Origin: Candidatus Nitrospinota bacterium M3_3B_026 | Lineage (GTDB): Bacteria; Nitrospinota_A; UBA7883; JBPRGF01 | Length of the DNA: 64,000 bases | Assembly: GCA_051418015.1 (NCBI GenBank) | Contig: JBPRGF010000017.1 | Location: 64,001 to 128,000 of the forward strand | Direction: 5' to 3' | Part shown: positions 8,460-19,213 of the stretch, piece by piece | Position numbering within the stretch: the first letter of the stretch is position 1 | Layout of the letters: every line of letters starts with the position of its first letter | Position numbers and translations under genes: made by a program | Notes under the pieces: generated by a model | Databases searched by the model: none | What the model saw: only the letters and a program-made list of their open reading frames with translations | What the model was told of the DNA's origin: nothing

Positions 8460-9983
8460 ATGACTGTAAACGTAACGTTGTGCGTCCCGCCGCAGGGATA
8501 CTTCGCGCAACGATGGCAGGACTCGTCCATGCCGTCGCTCGGTGTGCTGTATATGGCCGCGCTCCTGGAGCGCGAGGGAATACCCGTTCGCACTCTCCCC
8601 ACCCACGTCATGGGATGGGGGATGCCGGACATCGTCAAATACGTCCGGGACGAGGCGCCGGACATCTTCGGCCTGACGGTCACCACGGAGAACCGGCTGG
8701 AGGCTTTCGACGTGGCCCGGGCGGTCAAGCGGGCGCGGCCGGGGACGCTGGTCATCGTCGGCGGGCCGCACTGCACGGCGACGGCGATGGACACCATGAC
8801 GCACATCCCGGAGGTGGACATGGTCGTCTCCGGCGAGGCGGAGGAGACGATCGTCGAAATCGTCCGGGCCGTGGAGGCGGGCGGGCGCGCGGCGGATTTC
8901 AAGAAGATCCAAGGCGTCACTTTCCGCGAAAACGGCGAGATCGTATCCACCGGCGTCCGGATGAAAATCCCGGACCTCAACTCGCTCCCGCTCCCGGCGC
9001 GGCATCTGGAGGACATGGCGCTTTACAACTTCAAGGTCGATGTCCCCGGCAAGGGCCTTTTGCCTGCGGCGAACCTGATGACGAGCCGCGGATGCCCGTT
9101 CGACTGCAACTTCTGCGCGACGCCCGTCAACTGGGGGCGCAAGGTGCGCGGCGTCACGCCGGAGCGGGTGATCGAGGAGATCGAGCTTTGCATGGAGCGC
9201 TACGGCGCTCAGGCGATATGGTTCTACGACGATACGCTCAACTACAACCCGAAGCGGCTGGAGCGGATATGCGACATGATGATCGAGCGGCGGCTTGGGG
9301 TCAACTGGTTCTGCGAGATCCGCGTCGACGCGATCGACCGCCGGTTGTTCGACAAGATGGTCGAGGCGGGGATGTTCCACTTCGGGTTCGGCGTCGAGAG
9401 CGCGAACGAGCGGATATGCCGTGAGATCATCAACAAGAAGGCGACGCTCAAGCAGGCCATCGACGTCATCGACTGGGCCAACGAGATGAACGTCACCGCG
9501 AACCCGTTTTTCATCTTCAGCCACCCGACGGAGACATGGGCCGAGGCGCTGGAGACGCTGGAGTTCGCCGAATCGTTGCGCGGCCGGGCGCAGTGCTCCA
9601 TGGCGATATTGCACATCTACCCAGCTACGCGGCTGTGGGATCGCGCCGTCGCCGAGGGGAAGATTCCCAAGGACTTTAGCTGGACGACGCCCGACGACCC
9701 GCGCATCATCGAGCTGCCCGAGGCGCAGGGGCGCATTCCTTTATACATGGACAAGCTCACATGGTATCAGCTATCGACGATCATATTCCGCTTTTCCCAG
9801 AGCGCTTTGAAAGTAAGTTTATGGTCGAAGGTCATGAAAGCGGTGAAGCGTATTAATTCATGGCGCCGGTTCCGGCAGTACTTTATCATGGGGTTGGCGT
9901 TAGTGAGTTTGAAGTTTAAGAATTTGATCAGAGGGAAGAAGAAGGATTCCGGCGAAGACATGGCCAAAGCCGCGGAGTATTGA
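8460..9983 (+). CDS. Cobalamin-binding radical SAM protein
   Basis: PSLGVLYMAA and VGGPH (B12-binding domain); TSRGCPFDCNFC; FGVES. Confidence 0.9.
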   Translation: MTVNVTLCVPPQGYFAQRWQDSSMPSLGVLYMAALLEREGIPVRTLPTHVMGWGMPDIVKYVRDEAPDIFGLTVTTENRLEAFDVARAVKRARPGTLVIVGGPHCTATAMDTMTHIPEVDMVVSGEAEETIVEIVRAVEAGGRAADFKKIQGVTFRENGEIVSTGVRMKIPDLNSLPLPARHLEDMALYNFKVDVPGKGLLPAANLMTSRGCPFDCNFCATPVNWGRKVRGVTPERVIEEIELCMERYGAQAIWFYDDTLNYNPKRLERICDMMIERRLGVNWFCEIRVDAIDRRLFDKMVEAGMFHFGFGVESANERICREIINKKATLKQAIDVIDWANEMNVTANPFFIFSHPTETWAEALETLEFAESLRGRAQCSMAILHIYPATRLWDRAVAEGKIPKDFSWTTPDDPRIIELPEAQGRIPLYMDKLTWYQLSTIIFRFSQSALKVSLWSKVMKAVKRINSWRRFRQYFIMGLALVSLKFKNLIRGKKKDSGEDMAKAAEY

Positions 9984-9990
9984 ATGAATT

Positions 9991-10134
9991 TTCCCCTCCC
10001 TTGACGGGAGGGGACACAGGGGAGGGTGGATAATGAATCAATCTATTTCCTCCCCCTCGACGGGGGAGGTCAGGTGGGGGGTGAAGAATTTTAATACCCC
10101 CTCACCCCGGCCCTCTCCCGCCAAGGGGAGAGGG
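9991..10134. repeat. REP-like palindromic repeats, CCCTCCC...GGGAGGG type (two direct copies and one inverted)
   Basis: Units at about 9991-10028, 10047-10083 and (inverted) 10103-10134. Similar units occur at 44104-44232. Confidence 0.75.
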
Positions 10135-10150
10135 GGGAAGATCGCGCGGA

Positions 10151-10223
10151 CAGTCGTTGCGAGGAGCCAAAGGCGACGCGGCAATCCCTCGGTGAGATTG
10201 CTTCGCTTCGCTCGCAATGACTG
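10151..10223. repeat. Palindromic element, GTCRTTGCGAG...CTCGCAATGAC type
   Basis: Terminal inverted repeats CAGTCGTTGCGAG / CTCGCAATGACTG with internal GCAATC / GATTGC. Confidence 0.75.
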
Positions 10224-10359
10224 TTTGAGTGGTATAGGCTGAGTGTTGGAGCATTGAATTATGTTAGATCATAATCAGTAAAATTATTTTATGCTAATAT
10301 GATATTAGAGTAATTATTATATTTATAAAATAAAAAAGTAAATTTATGGAGCTTATTTT

Positions 10360-11067
10360 ATGGTTGATAAATGGCTTAGATTATCCAATCGCGTAACAAC
10401 TTTCTGGTATGAACCAATTTTGATAGCTGCTAATACAAGACTCTCAATAGATGTAACTAGATTAGGTAATTCCATAACTGTTAAATTGAATATTTTGCCG
10501 CATATAATTAAGCGCCTAAATGATGAGCTAAATGAGTTCTTCGGTTATGCAAGAGAGCATAAAAGTGTGCATATTTTTAAAAAGGGGATGGAAGGTCGTA
10601 AGTTTCCTGATCCAAACTACGAGAAGGCCGAGGAAGTTAGCAACCTAAAATATAAGCTCATCGCGGACATTGATTCACTTTTATTTGAATTGGAATCTCT
10701 TTGTGAATTGATGGAAGAGATATTCGTAAAGCTTTATGAGCATGCTGGGGAAAGAATAACGCCGAAAAAGGCTGGTAAAAAAGTAGCAAAAGTAATTAAA
10801 GATTCAGGACAAGAAATTGAATGGTTTAAGAAATTAAATGATCATAGAAATTTATTCATACATGAAACAGCTCCTGTTTTGGCGATAGATGTAAGCGATT
10901 CTAATAGATATGACCTTCTTATAATGAAGGAAAATACAACCAAATTTGATTTTGATGATGATAGTAAATTCATTAAGCTCTCTGACTTGAATAATATAGT
11001 TAGTGGGTTTTTAAAAGCTGAATCTACCCTTCAAAAGCATCTGATTTCTTTGTTTGAAACCCAATGA
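10360..11067 (+). CDS. AT-rich HEPN-like protein (RxxxxH motif), putative RNase
   Basis: Strongly AT-rich 235-aa ORF with helical character and WFKKLNDHRNLFIH; SD GGAG; ATGA overlap with the next gene. Confidence 0.7.
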   Translation: MVDKWLRLSNRVTTFWYEPILIAANTRLSIDVTRLGNSITVKLNILPHIIKRLNDELNEFFGYAREHKSVHIFKKGMEGRKFPDPNYEKAEEVSNLKYKLIADIDSLLFELESLCELMEEIFVKLYEHAGERITPKKAGKKVAKVIKDSGQEIEWFKKLNDHRNLFIHETAPVLAIDVSDSNRYDLLIMKENTTKFDFDDDSKFIKLSDLNNIVSGFLKAESTLQKHLISLFETQ

Positions 11068-12227
11068 AAATCCTCTTCCTCGCCCCTCAACCATTTTTCG
11101 AACCAAGGGGTACGCCGATTAACGTCCGGCGGTTTCTTACGGCTCTGTCCGAACTGGGGCATGAGGTGGACGTGCTCTGCTTTCCGGGCGGGGCGGATGT
11201 AAAAATACCGAACGTAAATATAAAGCGCGTCCTGAAAATACCCGGCGCGCCGAAGCCGCCGATAGGGCCGTCGAGGGTTAAAATTATCTACGATATGCTG
11301 ATGGCGCCTCACGCGCTGGCGCTGCGGATGTTCAAAAAATACGACGTTATCCACGCCGTGGAGGAGGCGGGGTTCATCGCGTGGACGATAAAAAAGCTCA
11401 CAGGAACGCCGTATATCTACGACATGGACTCGCATATCTCCGACCAGCTTCAATACAGCGGCTTCCTCAAAAACCGGCGCGCCATAAACTTCATCGAAAA
11501 ATGGGAGACCGCCGTGATGCTTGATGCGGCGAGGATCGTCACCGTCTGCCAATACCTTACCGACGTGGCGCGCCGCTACGTGGACATCGAAAAGATCGCG
11601 CAGATAGAGGACATCCCCATAGACCTGCCCGCCCCGCCGCCGGGCATAACGGCGCAAAGCCTGCGCGAGAAGCTGAACATCCCGCGGGCCGCCCCCGTGG
11701 CGCTCTACACCGGCAACCTGGAAAAGTACCAGGGCATCGATCTTGTCATGGCCGCCGCGCCGGAGATTTTAAGGGAGGCGCCGGACGTCCGGTTCGTCAT
11801 CGTCGGCGGAGATGAGAAGGACGTCGCCACGTACCGCGCCTGCGCGGTCTCGCAAGGGATCGAGGCGAGCATGATCTTTACCGGCGCGAAGCCGATGGGG
11901 TGGATGCGCCCCTTGCAGGACATGGCCGACGTTCTCCTCTCCCCCCGCCTGGAGGGGACGAACACGCCGCTTAAAATCTACACCTACCTGCAGTCCGGCA
12001 AACCGATCGCGGCGACGGACCTGCCGACCCATACGCAGATATTGAGTTCCGCCGTGGCCGTCCTGGCCAAACCGGAAAAAATGGAATACGCCCGCGCCGT
12101 TCTGCTACTATTGAAAGATAGAACCCTGCGGGAGCGGCTGGGCGCGGCGGGAAAGCGGCTTGTCGATGAAAACTACAACTATGACAGGTTCAGGGATAAA
12201 GTCGCCGCCGCGTACAGCGGATTTTGA
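11064..12227 (+). CDS. Glycosyltransferase family 4
   Basis: PFFEPRGTP, YTGNLEKYQG, NTPLKIYTY. Confidence 0.9.
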   Translation: MKILFLAPQPFFEPRGTPINVRRFLTALSELGHEVDVLCFPGGADVKIPNVNIKRVLKIPGAPKPPIGPSRVKIIYDMLMAPHALALRMFKKYDVIHAVEEAGFIAWTIKKLTGTPYIYDMDSHISDQLQYSGFLKNRRAINFIEKWETAVMLDAARIVTVCQYLTDVARRYVDIEKIAQIEDIPIDLPAPPPGITAQSLREKLNIPRAAPVALYTGNLEKYQGIDLVMAAAPEILREAPDVRFVIVGGDEKDVATYRACAVSQGIEASMIFTGAKPMGWMRPLQDMADVLLSPRLEGTNTPLKIYTYLQSGKPIAATDLPTHTQILSSAVAVLAKPEKMEYARAVLLLLKDRTLRERLGAAGKRLVDENYNYDRFRDKVAAAYSGF

Positions 12228-12256
12228 CCAGGCCAGCAACGAACAATATCACAGGG

Positions 12257-12283
12257 GGCCGCGCGGGCGGCCTTTTTTGTTTT
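12257..12283 (+). terminator. Intrinsic terminator-like hairpin
   Basis: GGCCGC-gcgg-GCGGCC followed by TTTTTTGTTTTT. Confidence 0.55.
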
Positions 12284-12284
12284 T

Positions 12285-13364
12285 ATGGGAATAGCCAAGC
12301 AGCTTATAGACCTCGCGCGCTTCAGGATGGGCGCGGTGAGTCCGATCCTCGGGCCGATGAAGGCGCAGTGGGAGCTTACCTACCATTGCAACCTGAAATG
12401 CCGCCACTGCCACATCTGGAAAACGCCGATGGAGGATATCCGCGCGAACACCCTCCCGCTGGAGAAACAAAAGGAAATCCTCGAAGACCTCGCCGAAAAC
12501 GGCGTCCGCCACGTCTCCTTCTCCGGCGGGGAGATGTTTTTGCAAAAGACGGTTTACGACCTTATCGCCCACGCCAAGAGCCTCGGGATGAAGGTCGGCG
12601 GCAACTCCAACGCTTTCCTGGTAAACGAAAAGATCGCGCGAAAGATCGCCGATTCCGGCCTCGACATGCTCTACATCTCCCTCGACGGCGACAACGCGAA
12701 GACCCATGACGAGATACGCGGCGTCGAGGGGGCGTTCGACCGTGTTTTCGACGGCGTCAGGAACCTTCGGGCGGCCAAGCCCGGCATCGGGATATTCTTC
12801 AACATGACCATAAACGCGCTTAACGTGGGGCAGGTCACCGGCGTGGCGAGGCTCGCCAGGGAAGCGGGGGTGGACGGGCTGACGGTGGAGATGACGAACA
12901 CTTTTGAAAAGTATTCCCCCAACGGCGACCTGGTCTTAAAGAACGGCCAGCTGCCACTTCTGCGCTCGCAGTTGAGAGAGCTTTTCGCCGGGTATGGCGA
13001 TCTGCTGCCGCACCCGCCCGGCTATTTCGACGAGTTCGAGACATACCTGACCAACCGCGAGGAGCTTTACAAATACCGCTGCGTCGCAGGATACACGACG
13101 ATCCAGATACACCCGAACGGCGACGTATACCCATGCCCCGTGGCGTTCGAGAAGATGGGCAGCCTGGCGGAAAAATCTTTTCGGGAGATATGGTTCTCCA
13201 GTCAGTCTGACAAGATCCGCCGCGACATAAAGGAAGGGCGGCACCCCATCTGCTGGGTCACCTGCGTCTCCCCGCTGAACCAGTACTTGAGCTACCTGAC
13301 GCCCACAAGAGCCCACAAGCTCCTCCGGCCAAAGACGCTCTCGCACATACTGCGGAAGGTGTGA
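12285..13364 (+). CDS. Radical SAM/SPASM-twitch protein
   Basis: CNLKCRHC, SGGE, ISLDG, CVAG...GDVYPC, C-terminal CWVTC. Confidence 0.9.
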   Translation: MGIAKQLIDLARFRMGAVSPILGPMKAQWELTYHCNLKCRHCHIWKTPMEDIRANTLPLEKQKEILEDLAENGVRHVSFSGGEMFLQKTVYDLIAHAKSLGMKVGGNSNAFLVNEKIARKIADSGLDMLYISLDGDNAKTHDEIRGVEGAFDRVFDGVRNLRAAKPGIGIFFNMTINALNVGQVTGVARLAREAGVDGLTVEMTNTFEKYSPNGDLVLKNGQLPLLRSQLRELFAGYGDLLPHPPGYFDEFETYLTNREELYKYRCVAGYTTIQIHPNGDVYPCPVAFEKMGSLAEKSFREIWFSSQSDKIRRDIKEGRHPICWVTCVSPLNQYLSYLTPTRAHKLLRPKTLSHILRKV

Positions 13365-14362
13365 CGGTGAACAAGGCGCGCAACCTGAAAAACCTCGGCA
13401 GGATATATCTTTCATACCTGCGCCGGGAGGAGGCCCCCGCCCAGCTGCCCTCGCGGGTGTGGATAGAGCCGACGCCTTCCTGCAACCTGCGGTGCGGCCA
13501 CTGTCCCAACGGCATGGACGTGAAGTTCCCCACGGGGCTTATGAAGATGGAGCTTTTCAGGAAGGTGATAGACGAGCTTGAAGGCGCCGTTTACGACGTG
13601 AACCTTTTCCACCGCGGCGAATCGCTCATCCACCCGAAGCTCGCCGAGATGGTGGAATACTGCGCGGACAAGGGCCTTCACACAAGGCTTCATACCAACG
13701 CCGGGCTGTTGACGGAAGAGAAATCGCGCGAGCTTATCGGCGCGGGGCTGTCGTACATATCTTTCTCCGTGGACGGTTACACGAAAGAGGTGTACGAGAA
13801 AACAAGGGTGGGGGGAGATTTCGGCGAAACGATGGAGAACATCACCCGATTTCTGAAAATCAAAAAAGACCTAGGCCGCGGCCCCTATTCCATCGTCCAG
13901 GTCATGGAGATCGGCGAGGAGAAAGAGGGCCTCGCCAGGCGCCGGGCCGCCTTCCGTGAAATGTTCAACGGTCTGCCCCTCGACAGGCTCATCGTCAGGA
14001 CGCCGCACAACTGGGCCGGGGATTTCAAAAAGTTCGGCCGCGGCGTGGTGGACGACTCGGATGCCCCTTTTACCCCCTGCACGTTCCTTTGGTACTCCAT
14101 GACGATATTTTTCGACGGGACCGTGGCCCCCTGTCCCCAGGATTTTTTCGGGAAGATCAACATGGGCGACGTCTCCCGGTCCACGGTGGCGGAAGTGTGG
14201 AACGGCGAGGCGATGCGGCGCTTGAGACGGCGCATGAGGGAGCGGGACGTGGCGGGCCTCGAACCCTGCGAGGAATGCGACATGCTATGCCGCAGGACCT
14301 TCATGGGCGTGCCGTCCAACTATCTTTCCACCTTCATCAGGGACAACGTTCTGGTAAAGTGA
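13361..14362 (+). CDS. Radical SAM/SPASM-twitch protein
   Basis: CNLRCGHC, HTNA, SFSVDG, CTFLW...APC, CEEC. Confidence 0.9.
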   Translation: MTVNKARNLKNLGRIYLSYLRREEAPAQLPSRVWIEPTPSCNLRCGHCPNGMDVKFPTGLMKMELFRKVIDELEGAVYDVNLFHRGESLIHPKLAEMVEYCADKGLHTRLHTNAGLLTEEKSRELIGAGLSYISFSVDGYTKEVYEKTRVGGDFGETMENITRFLKIKKDLGRGPYSIVQVMEIGEEKEGLARRRAAFREMFNGLPLDRLIVRTPHNWAGDFKKFGRGVVDDSDAPFTPCTFLWYSMTIFFDGTVAPCPQDFFGKINMGDVSRSTVAEVWNGEAMRRLRRRMRERDVAGLEPCEECDMLCRRTFMGVPSNYLSTFIRDNVLVK

Positions 14363-15426
14363 CGGATGCCTCAGGTGGTGTGAGTTCGCCGGTGAAAGAG
14401 CCGGTTCCAAAAGAAGCACCCGTCGCCGCTGACCCGGACGAACGGGGCCTCGTGGCTGTCACCGGCGCTGGGGGGTTCGTGGGGCGAAGGCTGTGCCAGG
14501 CCCTGACGGAAAGGGGTTACAGGGTCCGCGTCCTGGTCAGAAGCGGCCGTCACGACGATTTCTTCAAATCCCTCAGGGCCGAGATCCTGACAGGCGACGT
14601 CCGTGACGAGGAGATGACGTCCGGCCTGCTCGACGGCGCGGAGGGCCTCTTCCACCTCGCCTCCATAGTGCGTCAGGCGGGCGTCCCGGACAGGGAGTTC
14701 TGGGAGACCCACGTCACCGCCACGATGCGGCTCATGCGGGCCGCCGCCCGGCGCGGCGTCAATAAGGCCGTCCACTGCTCCACCATAGGCGTGCTGGGAC
14801 ATATAGAAAATCCGCCCGCCGACGAGACCGCAAGATACAACGCGAAGGACATATACCAGGTGACCAAGGCTGAAGGCGAAAAAATGGCCCTGGAGGCCAA
14901 CGCGAAGGGCGGGCTCGATGTCACCGTCGTCCGCCCCGCCGCCGTCTACGGCCCCGGCGACCGGCGTATGCTCAAGCTCTTCAGGCTCATCGCCAACGGC
15001 CGGTTCCGCATGATAGGAAGCGGGGAGACCCTCATCCATCCCGTCTACGTAGATGACCTCGTGGACGGGATGATCCTGGCCTACGAGTCGCCGAAAAGCG
15101 CCGGGCGCGTCTACATCCTGGCCGGGGACCGGTACATCACCCTCAACGAGTGGGTCTCCATCATAGCGTCCGCGGCCGGCGTGAAGGCGTCGCCTGTACA
15201 CATCCCCTATCCGCCCGTGATGATCGCCGCGGCGGCCATGGAGTTTATCTCAAAACCTTTCGGCATAGAGCCGCCCCTTTTCCGCCGCCGGGTCGACTTC
15301 TTCGTCAAGAACAGGGCCTTCTCCATAGAACGCGCCAGGCGGGAGCTTGGCTACGAGCCCAAGGTGAGCCTCGAGGAAGGCGCCGGCAGGGCCCTGGCCT
15401 GGTACCGCGAGCAGGGGTGGATATAA
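14359..15426 (+). CDS. NAD-dependent epimerase/dehydratase
   Basis: VTGAGGFVG, YQVTK (YxxxK), RPAAVYGPGD. Start taken from the GTGA overlap. Confidence 0.88.
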   Translation: MTDASGGVSSPVKEPVPKEAPVAADPDERGLVAVTGAGGFVGRRLCQALTERGYRVRVLVRSGRHDDFFKSLRAEILTGDVRDEEMTSGLLDGAEGLFHLASIVRQAGVPDREFWETHVTATMRLMRAAARRGVNKAVHCSTIGVLGHIENPPADETARYNAKDIYQVTKAEGEKMALEANAKGGLDVTVVRPAAVYGPGDRRMLKLFRLIANGRFRMIGSGETLIHPVYVDDLVDGMILAYESPKSAGRVYILAGDRYITLNEWVSIIASAAGVKASPVHIPYPPVMIAAAAMEFISKPFGIEPPLFRRRVDFFVKNRAFSIERARRELGYEPKVSLEEGAGRALAWYREQGWI

Positions 15427-15499
15427 TACGGCGGCGGAGCGGTTGACGCGCTGGGGTGGGTTAGATACATGAGCGACTTTCATTTATAATGGTAAAGTT

Positions 15500-18184
15500 A
15501 TGATCGGAACACTGGTTCGCAAGGTTTTCGGCTCCCGCAACGACAGGGAGCTGAAGAGAATACAGGGCTACGTGGAGGCGATAAACGCCCTGGAGCCGGC
15601 CATCCAGGCTCTCTCCGACGAGGAGCTGAAAGCCAAAACGCCCGAGTTCAAGGGCAGGCTGGAGAGGGGCGCCACGGTGGAGGATATCCTGCCGGAGGCC
15701 TTCGCCGTCGTCCGCGAGACCGGGCGCAGGGTCCTGGAGATGCGTCATTTCGACGCCCAGCTCATCGGTGGCGTGGCCCTCCACGAGGGGAAGATAGCCG
15801 AGATGCGCACCGGCGAAGGCAAAACCCTCGCCGCCACCCTGCCCATGTACCTGAACGCGCTGCCGGGGCGCGGGGCGCACCTCGTGACGGTGAACGACTA
15901 TCTCGCTCAGCGCGACGCGGAATGGATGGGCCACATATACGGCTTCCTGGGGCTTTCCGTAGGCGTGATCTACCACGGGATCACCGACCAGGAGCGAAGG
16001 GAGGCCTACCGTTGCGACATAACCTACGGGACGAACAACGAGTTCGGGTTCGACTACCTTCGCGACAACATGAAGTTCTCGCTGGACGACCTCGCCCAGA
16101 GGGACCTTCACTACGCCATAGTCGACGAGGTAGACAGCATCCTGATCGACGAGTCCCGGACGCCGCTCATAATCTCCGGACCCGCCGAGGAGTCCACGGA
16201 CAAGTATTACGCGGTGAACAGGATAGCCCCTCAGCTTCTGAAAAAGGACGTCTATTACACCGTGGACGAGAAGGCCAAGGCGGTGATGCTGACGGAGGAG
16301 GGGATAGCCGTCGCCGAGAAGGCCCTCGGAGTGGAGAACCTGTACGACCCGGCCAACGTGGAGCTATTGCACCATGTCCAGCAGGCCCTCAAGGCCTACA
16401 CCATGTTCCAGCGGGACGTGGACTATGTAGTCAAGGACGGCAAGGTGATAATAGTCGACGAGTTCACCGGCAGGCTCATGCCCGGCAGGCGCTGGTCCGA
16501 CGGGCTTCACCAGGCCGTGGAGGCCAAGGAAGGGGTGGAGATCGAGAACGAGAACCAGACGCTGGCCACCATCACCTTCCAGAACTATTTCAGGATGTAC
16601 GACAAGCTCGCCGGCATGACCGGCACGGCGGACACCGAGGCGGCGGAGTTCGCCTCAACCTACAACCTGGAGGTCATCGTCGTCCCCACCCACAGGCCCA
16701 TGATAAGGGTGGATCACCCGGACGTCATCTACAAGACGATAGGCGAGAAGTTCAAGGCCATAACGGACGAGATCGTGGAGCTGAACAAAAAAGGCCAGCC
16801 CGTCCTCGTCGGCACCATATCCATCGAGAAATCCGAAAGAATCTCCGCCATGCTCAAAAAGCGCGGGGTAAAACACAATGTCCTGAACGCCAAGCATCAC
16901 GAAAGGGAGGCGGAGATCGTCGCCCAGGCGGGCCGGAAGGGGGGCGTCACCATCGCGACGAACATGGCTGGCCGCGGCACGGACATCGTCCTCGGCGGCA
17001 ACCCGGAGATGATGTTGAAATCCCGCGGCATTGACGAGGAGGACGAAAGCTACGAAAAGTCCCTGCGGGAGTACGCGGAGGCCAGCGAGAAGGAAAAACA
17101 GGAGGTCATAGAGGCCGGCGGCCTGCACATCGTCGGTACGGAGAGACACGAGTCCCGCCGGATAGACAACCAGTTGCGCGGCCGCTCCGGCAGGCAGGGC
17201 GACCCCGGCTCGTCACGTTTCTTCCTGTCGCTGGAGGACGACCTTTTGCGGATATTCGGCTCCGACAGGATATCCGGGCTCATGGAAAGGATGGGCATGG
17301 AGGAGGGCGAGGCCATCGAACACAAGATGGTCTCCCGCGCCATAGAGAACGCCCAGAGAAAGGTCGAGGCGCACAACTTCGAGATAAGAAAACATCTCCT
17401 CGAGTTCGACGACGTGATGAACAAGCAAAGGGAGGTCATCTACGAGCAGAGAAAGATGATCTTCGCCGGCGAAGAGAGCCTGGACGAAATGATAGAGGAG
17501 ATGGCCCTGCAGGTGATGGAGGACGACCTGGCCCTCTACACGCCGGAGTCCGTCCAGCCCGAGGAATGGGACGTCGAGGGCCTGAAGGACGCCATAGCCC
17601 GCCACTTCGCCCTGGAGATGGAAGTGGACGAGAATAGCAACATCAGCCTGGGCGAAAAGAGGTTCGACTTCGACACCGTCACCTTCGGCCCTCTGCGGGA
17701 GGGGCTGGAAGAGGCTGTCCGGTCACAGGTCAAAGCGCGCCGGGAGTCCGTCGGCGGGCGGACGTGGAGGGAGATAGGCAAATACATCACCCTCCAGATA
17801 CTCGACACGAACTGGAAAGACCACCTCCTGGCCATGGACCACCTGAAGGAGGGCATCGGCCTGCGCGGTTACGCGCAGAAAAACCCGCTGAACGAATACA
17901 AGCGCGAAGGCAGCCAGCTTTTCATGGAGATGCTGGACAGAATCCGCGAGGACACCGTGGCCGCCCTCTTCCACGTCCAGATACAAAGCGACGAGGAGGC
18001 GCGCGTCCGCCAGCGCGAGATGGCCAAGAGGCGCGAACGCCAGAAGAAAATAGTGGAAAGCCATGGCGAGGACGGGAAAAAACAGCAGACCGTCCGCCGC
18101 TCTTCTAAAAAGATCGGCCGCAACGCGCCCTGCCCCTGCGGATCAGGGAAGAAATACAAGAAGTGCTGCGGCGCGAAGGTGTGA
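15500..18184 (+). CDS. secA: Preprotein translocase ATPase SecA
   Basis: [32 protein letters not shown]-terminal [12 protein letters not shown]. Confidence 0.98.
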   Translation: MIGTLVRKVFGSRNDRELKRIQGYVEAINALEPAIQALSDEELKAKTPEFKGRLERGATVEDILPEAFAVVRETGRRVLEMRHFDAQLIGGVALHEGKIAEMRTGEGKTLAATLPMYLNALPGRGAHLVTVNDYLAQRDAEWMGHIYGFLGLSVGVIYHGITDQERREAYRCDITYGTNNEFGFDYLRDNMKFSLDDLAQRDLHYAIVDEVDSILIDESRTPLIISGPAEESTDKYYAVNRIAPQLLKKDVYYTVDEKAKAVMLTEEGIAVAEKALGVENLYDPANVELLHHVQQALKAYTMFQRDVDYVVKDGKVIIVDEFTGRLMPGRRWSDGLHQAVEAKEGVEIENENQTLATITFQNYFRMYDKLAGMTGTADTEAAEFASTYNLEVIVVPTHRPMIRVDHPDVIYKTIGEKFKAITDEIVELNKKGQPVLVGTISIEKSERISAMLKKRGVKHNVLNAKHHEREAEIVAQAGRKGGVTIATNMAGRGTDIVLGGNPEMMLKSRGIDEEDESYEKSLREYAEASEKEKQEVIEAGGLHIVGTERHESRRIDNQLRGRSGRQGDPGSSRFFLSLEDDLLRIFGSDRISGLMERMGMEEGEAIEHKMVSRAIENAQRKVEAHNFEIRKHLLEFDDVMNKQREVIYEQRKMIFAGEESLDEMIEEMALQVMEDDLALYTPESVQPEEWDVEGLKDAIARHFALEMEVDENSNISLGEKRFDFDTVTFGPLREGLEEAVRSQVKARRESVGGRTWREIGKYITLQILDTNWKDHLLAMDHLKEGIGLRGYAQKNPLNEYKREGSQLFMEMLDRIREDTVAALFHVQIQSDEEARVRQREMAKRRERQKKIVESHGEDGKKQQTVRRSSKKIGRNAPCPCGSGKKYKKCCGAKV

Positions 18185-18199
18185 GCTTATTCGGTAATT

Positions 18200-18333
18200 T
18201 TAAAAGAGTTGATAATATTGACCATCACTTGAAATATTCGTGACATAAGGGCCCGCAGAGGTACACCCTCCCAGAACTAACAAGACACCGGCAAAAAAGA
18301 GCATAAACAGAAAAATCTCAGTTTCTTAAACAT
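18200..18333 (-). pseudogene. Frameshifted, truncated small lipoprotein
   Basis: Adding one T to the T5 run gives MFKKLRFFLFMLFFAGVLLVLGG-CTSAGPYVTNISSDGQ (lipobox), followed by an early stop. AAAGGA lies upstream. Confidence 0.55.
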
Positions 18334-18421
18334 ACTTCATCCTTTAAGCTGAAATTCATACTTGAATAATAATTACCAAAAAGGTCGCGCAACTGGTATT
18401 AATATTTTTCCTATCTGGTTT

Positions 18422-19213
18422 CTAATCACATAATTTCAAGCCTTCCTCAATAAGGTCAGATAATTTGTTTGGGGGTATATGATTTCTTCCTATTTTCATA
18501 GGTTTTCCGTCTGAATCAAGAAGTGGCTTGCCGGTTTTTTTTAGCGATTTCACCCATTCAATTGCTTGACCATTCAACGCGTAAGAACCATGGGAAGTAT
18601 CTATCCAAACGAGTTTTCTTGTTTCTCTCTTTTTACAGTGGAGGCCTGAAAGCGGATATTCTTTGTATAAACCGCTACCCTTATCAAAATTAATTTTTGA
18701 TAAGGAATTAGTGAAACCCATTAAAGAAAACTTTGGATAGCTTTTTTCACCGTGCTTGTTCCAAAAATGTTTGCGAATTATCAATGTTCTACCTTTTTTA
18801 AGTTTTCCGATAACATTTTTTATTTTATCTCCCTTGTAAATCACTTGATGTCCACTCTTGCGAATAAATCCATCAAGGCCTTTTCCATCAATTTCGATTT
18901 CCACTGGAGTATTTTCTTTCCCCCAAAAAAAGTTGTCATGCCGTACGAGATTCATGCCGTTATATTTCAATTTGGTCTGGAGTTTAAAGGTATAATATTT
19001 TTTATATTCGGAAAAAGGGATTAACGCTTCAAAATATATCTGATTCGGGGTAACTTTACATACTATAAAAACATGCCATTCAAAGTCGTCGATAGTCTCA
19101 AAAACCGAATAAATCATGTTTTTTTCTTTATCAAATGACCAATTTCCTGCTCCCCATGAAGCGATAGGAGAAATTATCATGATAAATATTAAAATTAAAA
19201 CATTTCTATTCAT
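18422..19213 (-). CDS. AT-rich secreted hypothetical protein; C-terminus resembles YebY/DUF2511
   Basis: Signal peptide; YALNGQA...LSDLIEEGLKLC; SD AGGGG. Confidence 0.7.
   Translation of the reverse strand: MNRNVLILIFIMIISPIASWGAGNWSFDKEKNMIYSVFETIDDFEWHVFIVCKVTPNQIYFEALIPFSEYKKYYTFKLQTKLKYNGMNLVRHDNFFWGKENTPVEIEIDGKGLDGFIRKSGHQVIYKGDKIKNVIGKLKKGRTLIIRKHFWNKHGEKSYPKFSLMGFTNSLSKINFDKGSGLYKEYPLSGLHCKKRETRKLVWIDTSHGSYALNGQAIEWVKSLKKTGKPLLDSDGKPMKIGRNHIPPNKLSDLIEEGLKLCD

Noticed and set aside
9991..10223. Possible CRISPR array or integron attC sites
   Set aside because: Units are palindromic and degenerate, with no regular repeat-spacer period; no cas or intI gene in the window.
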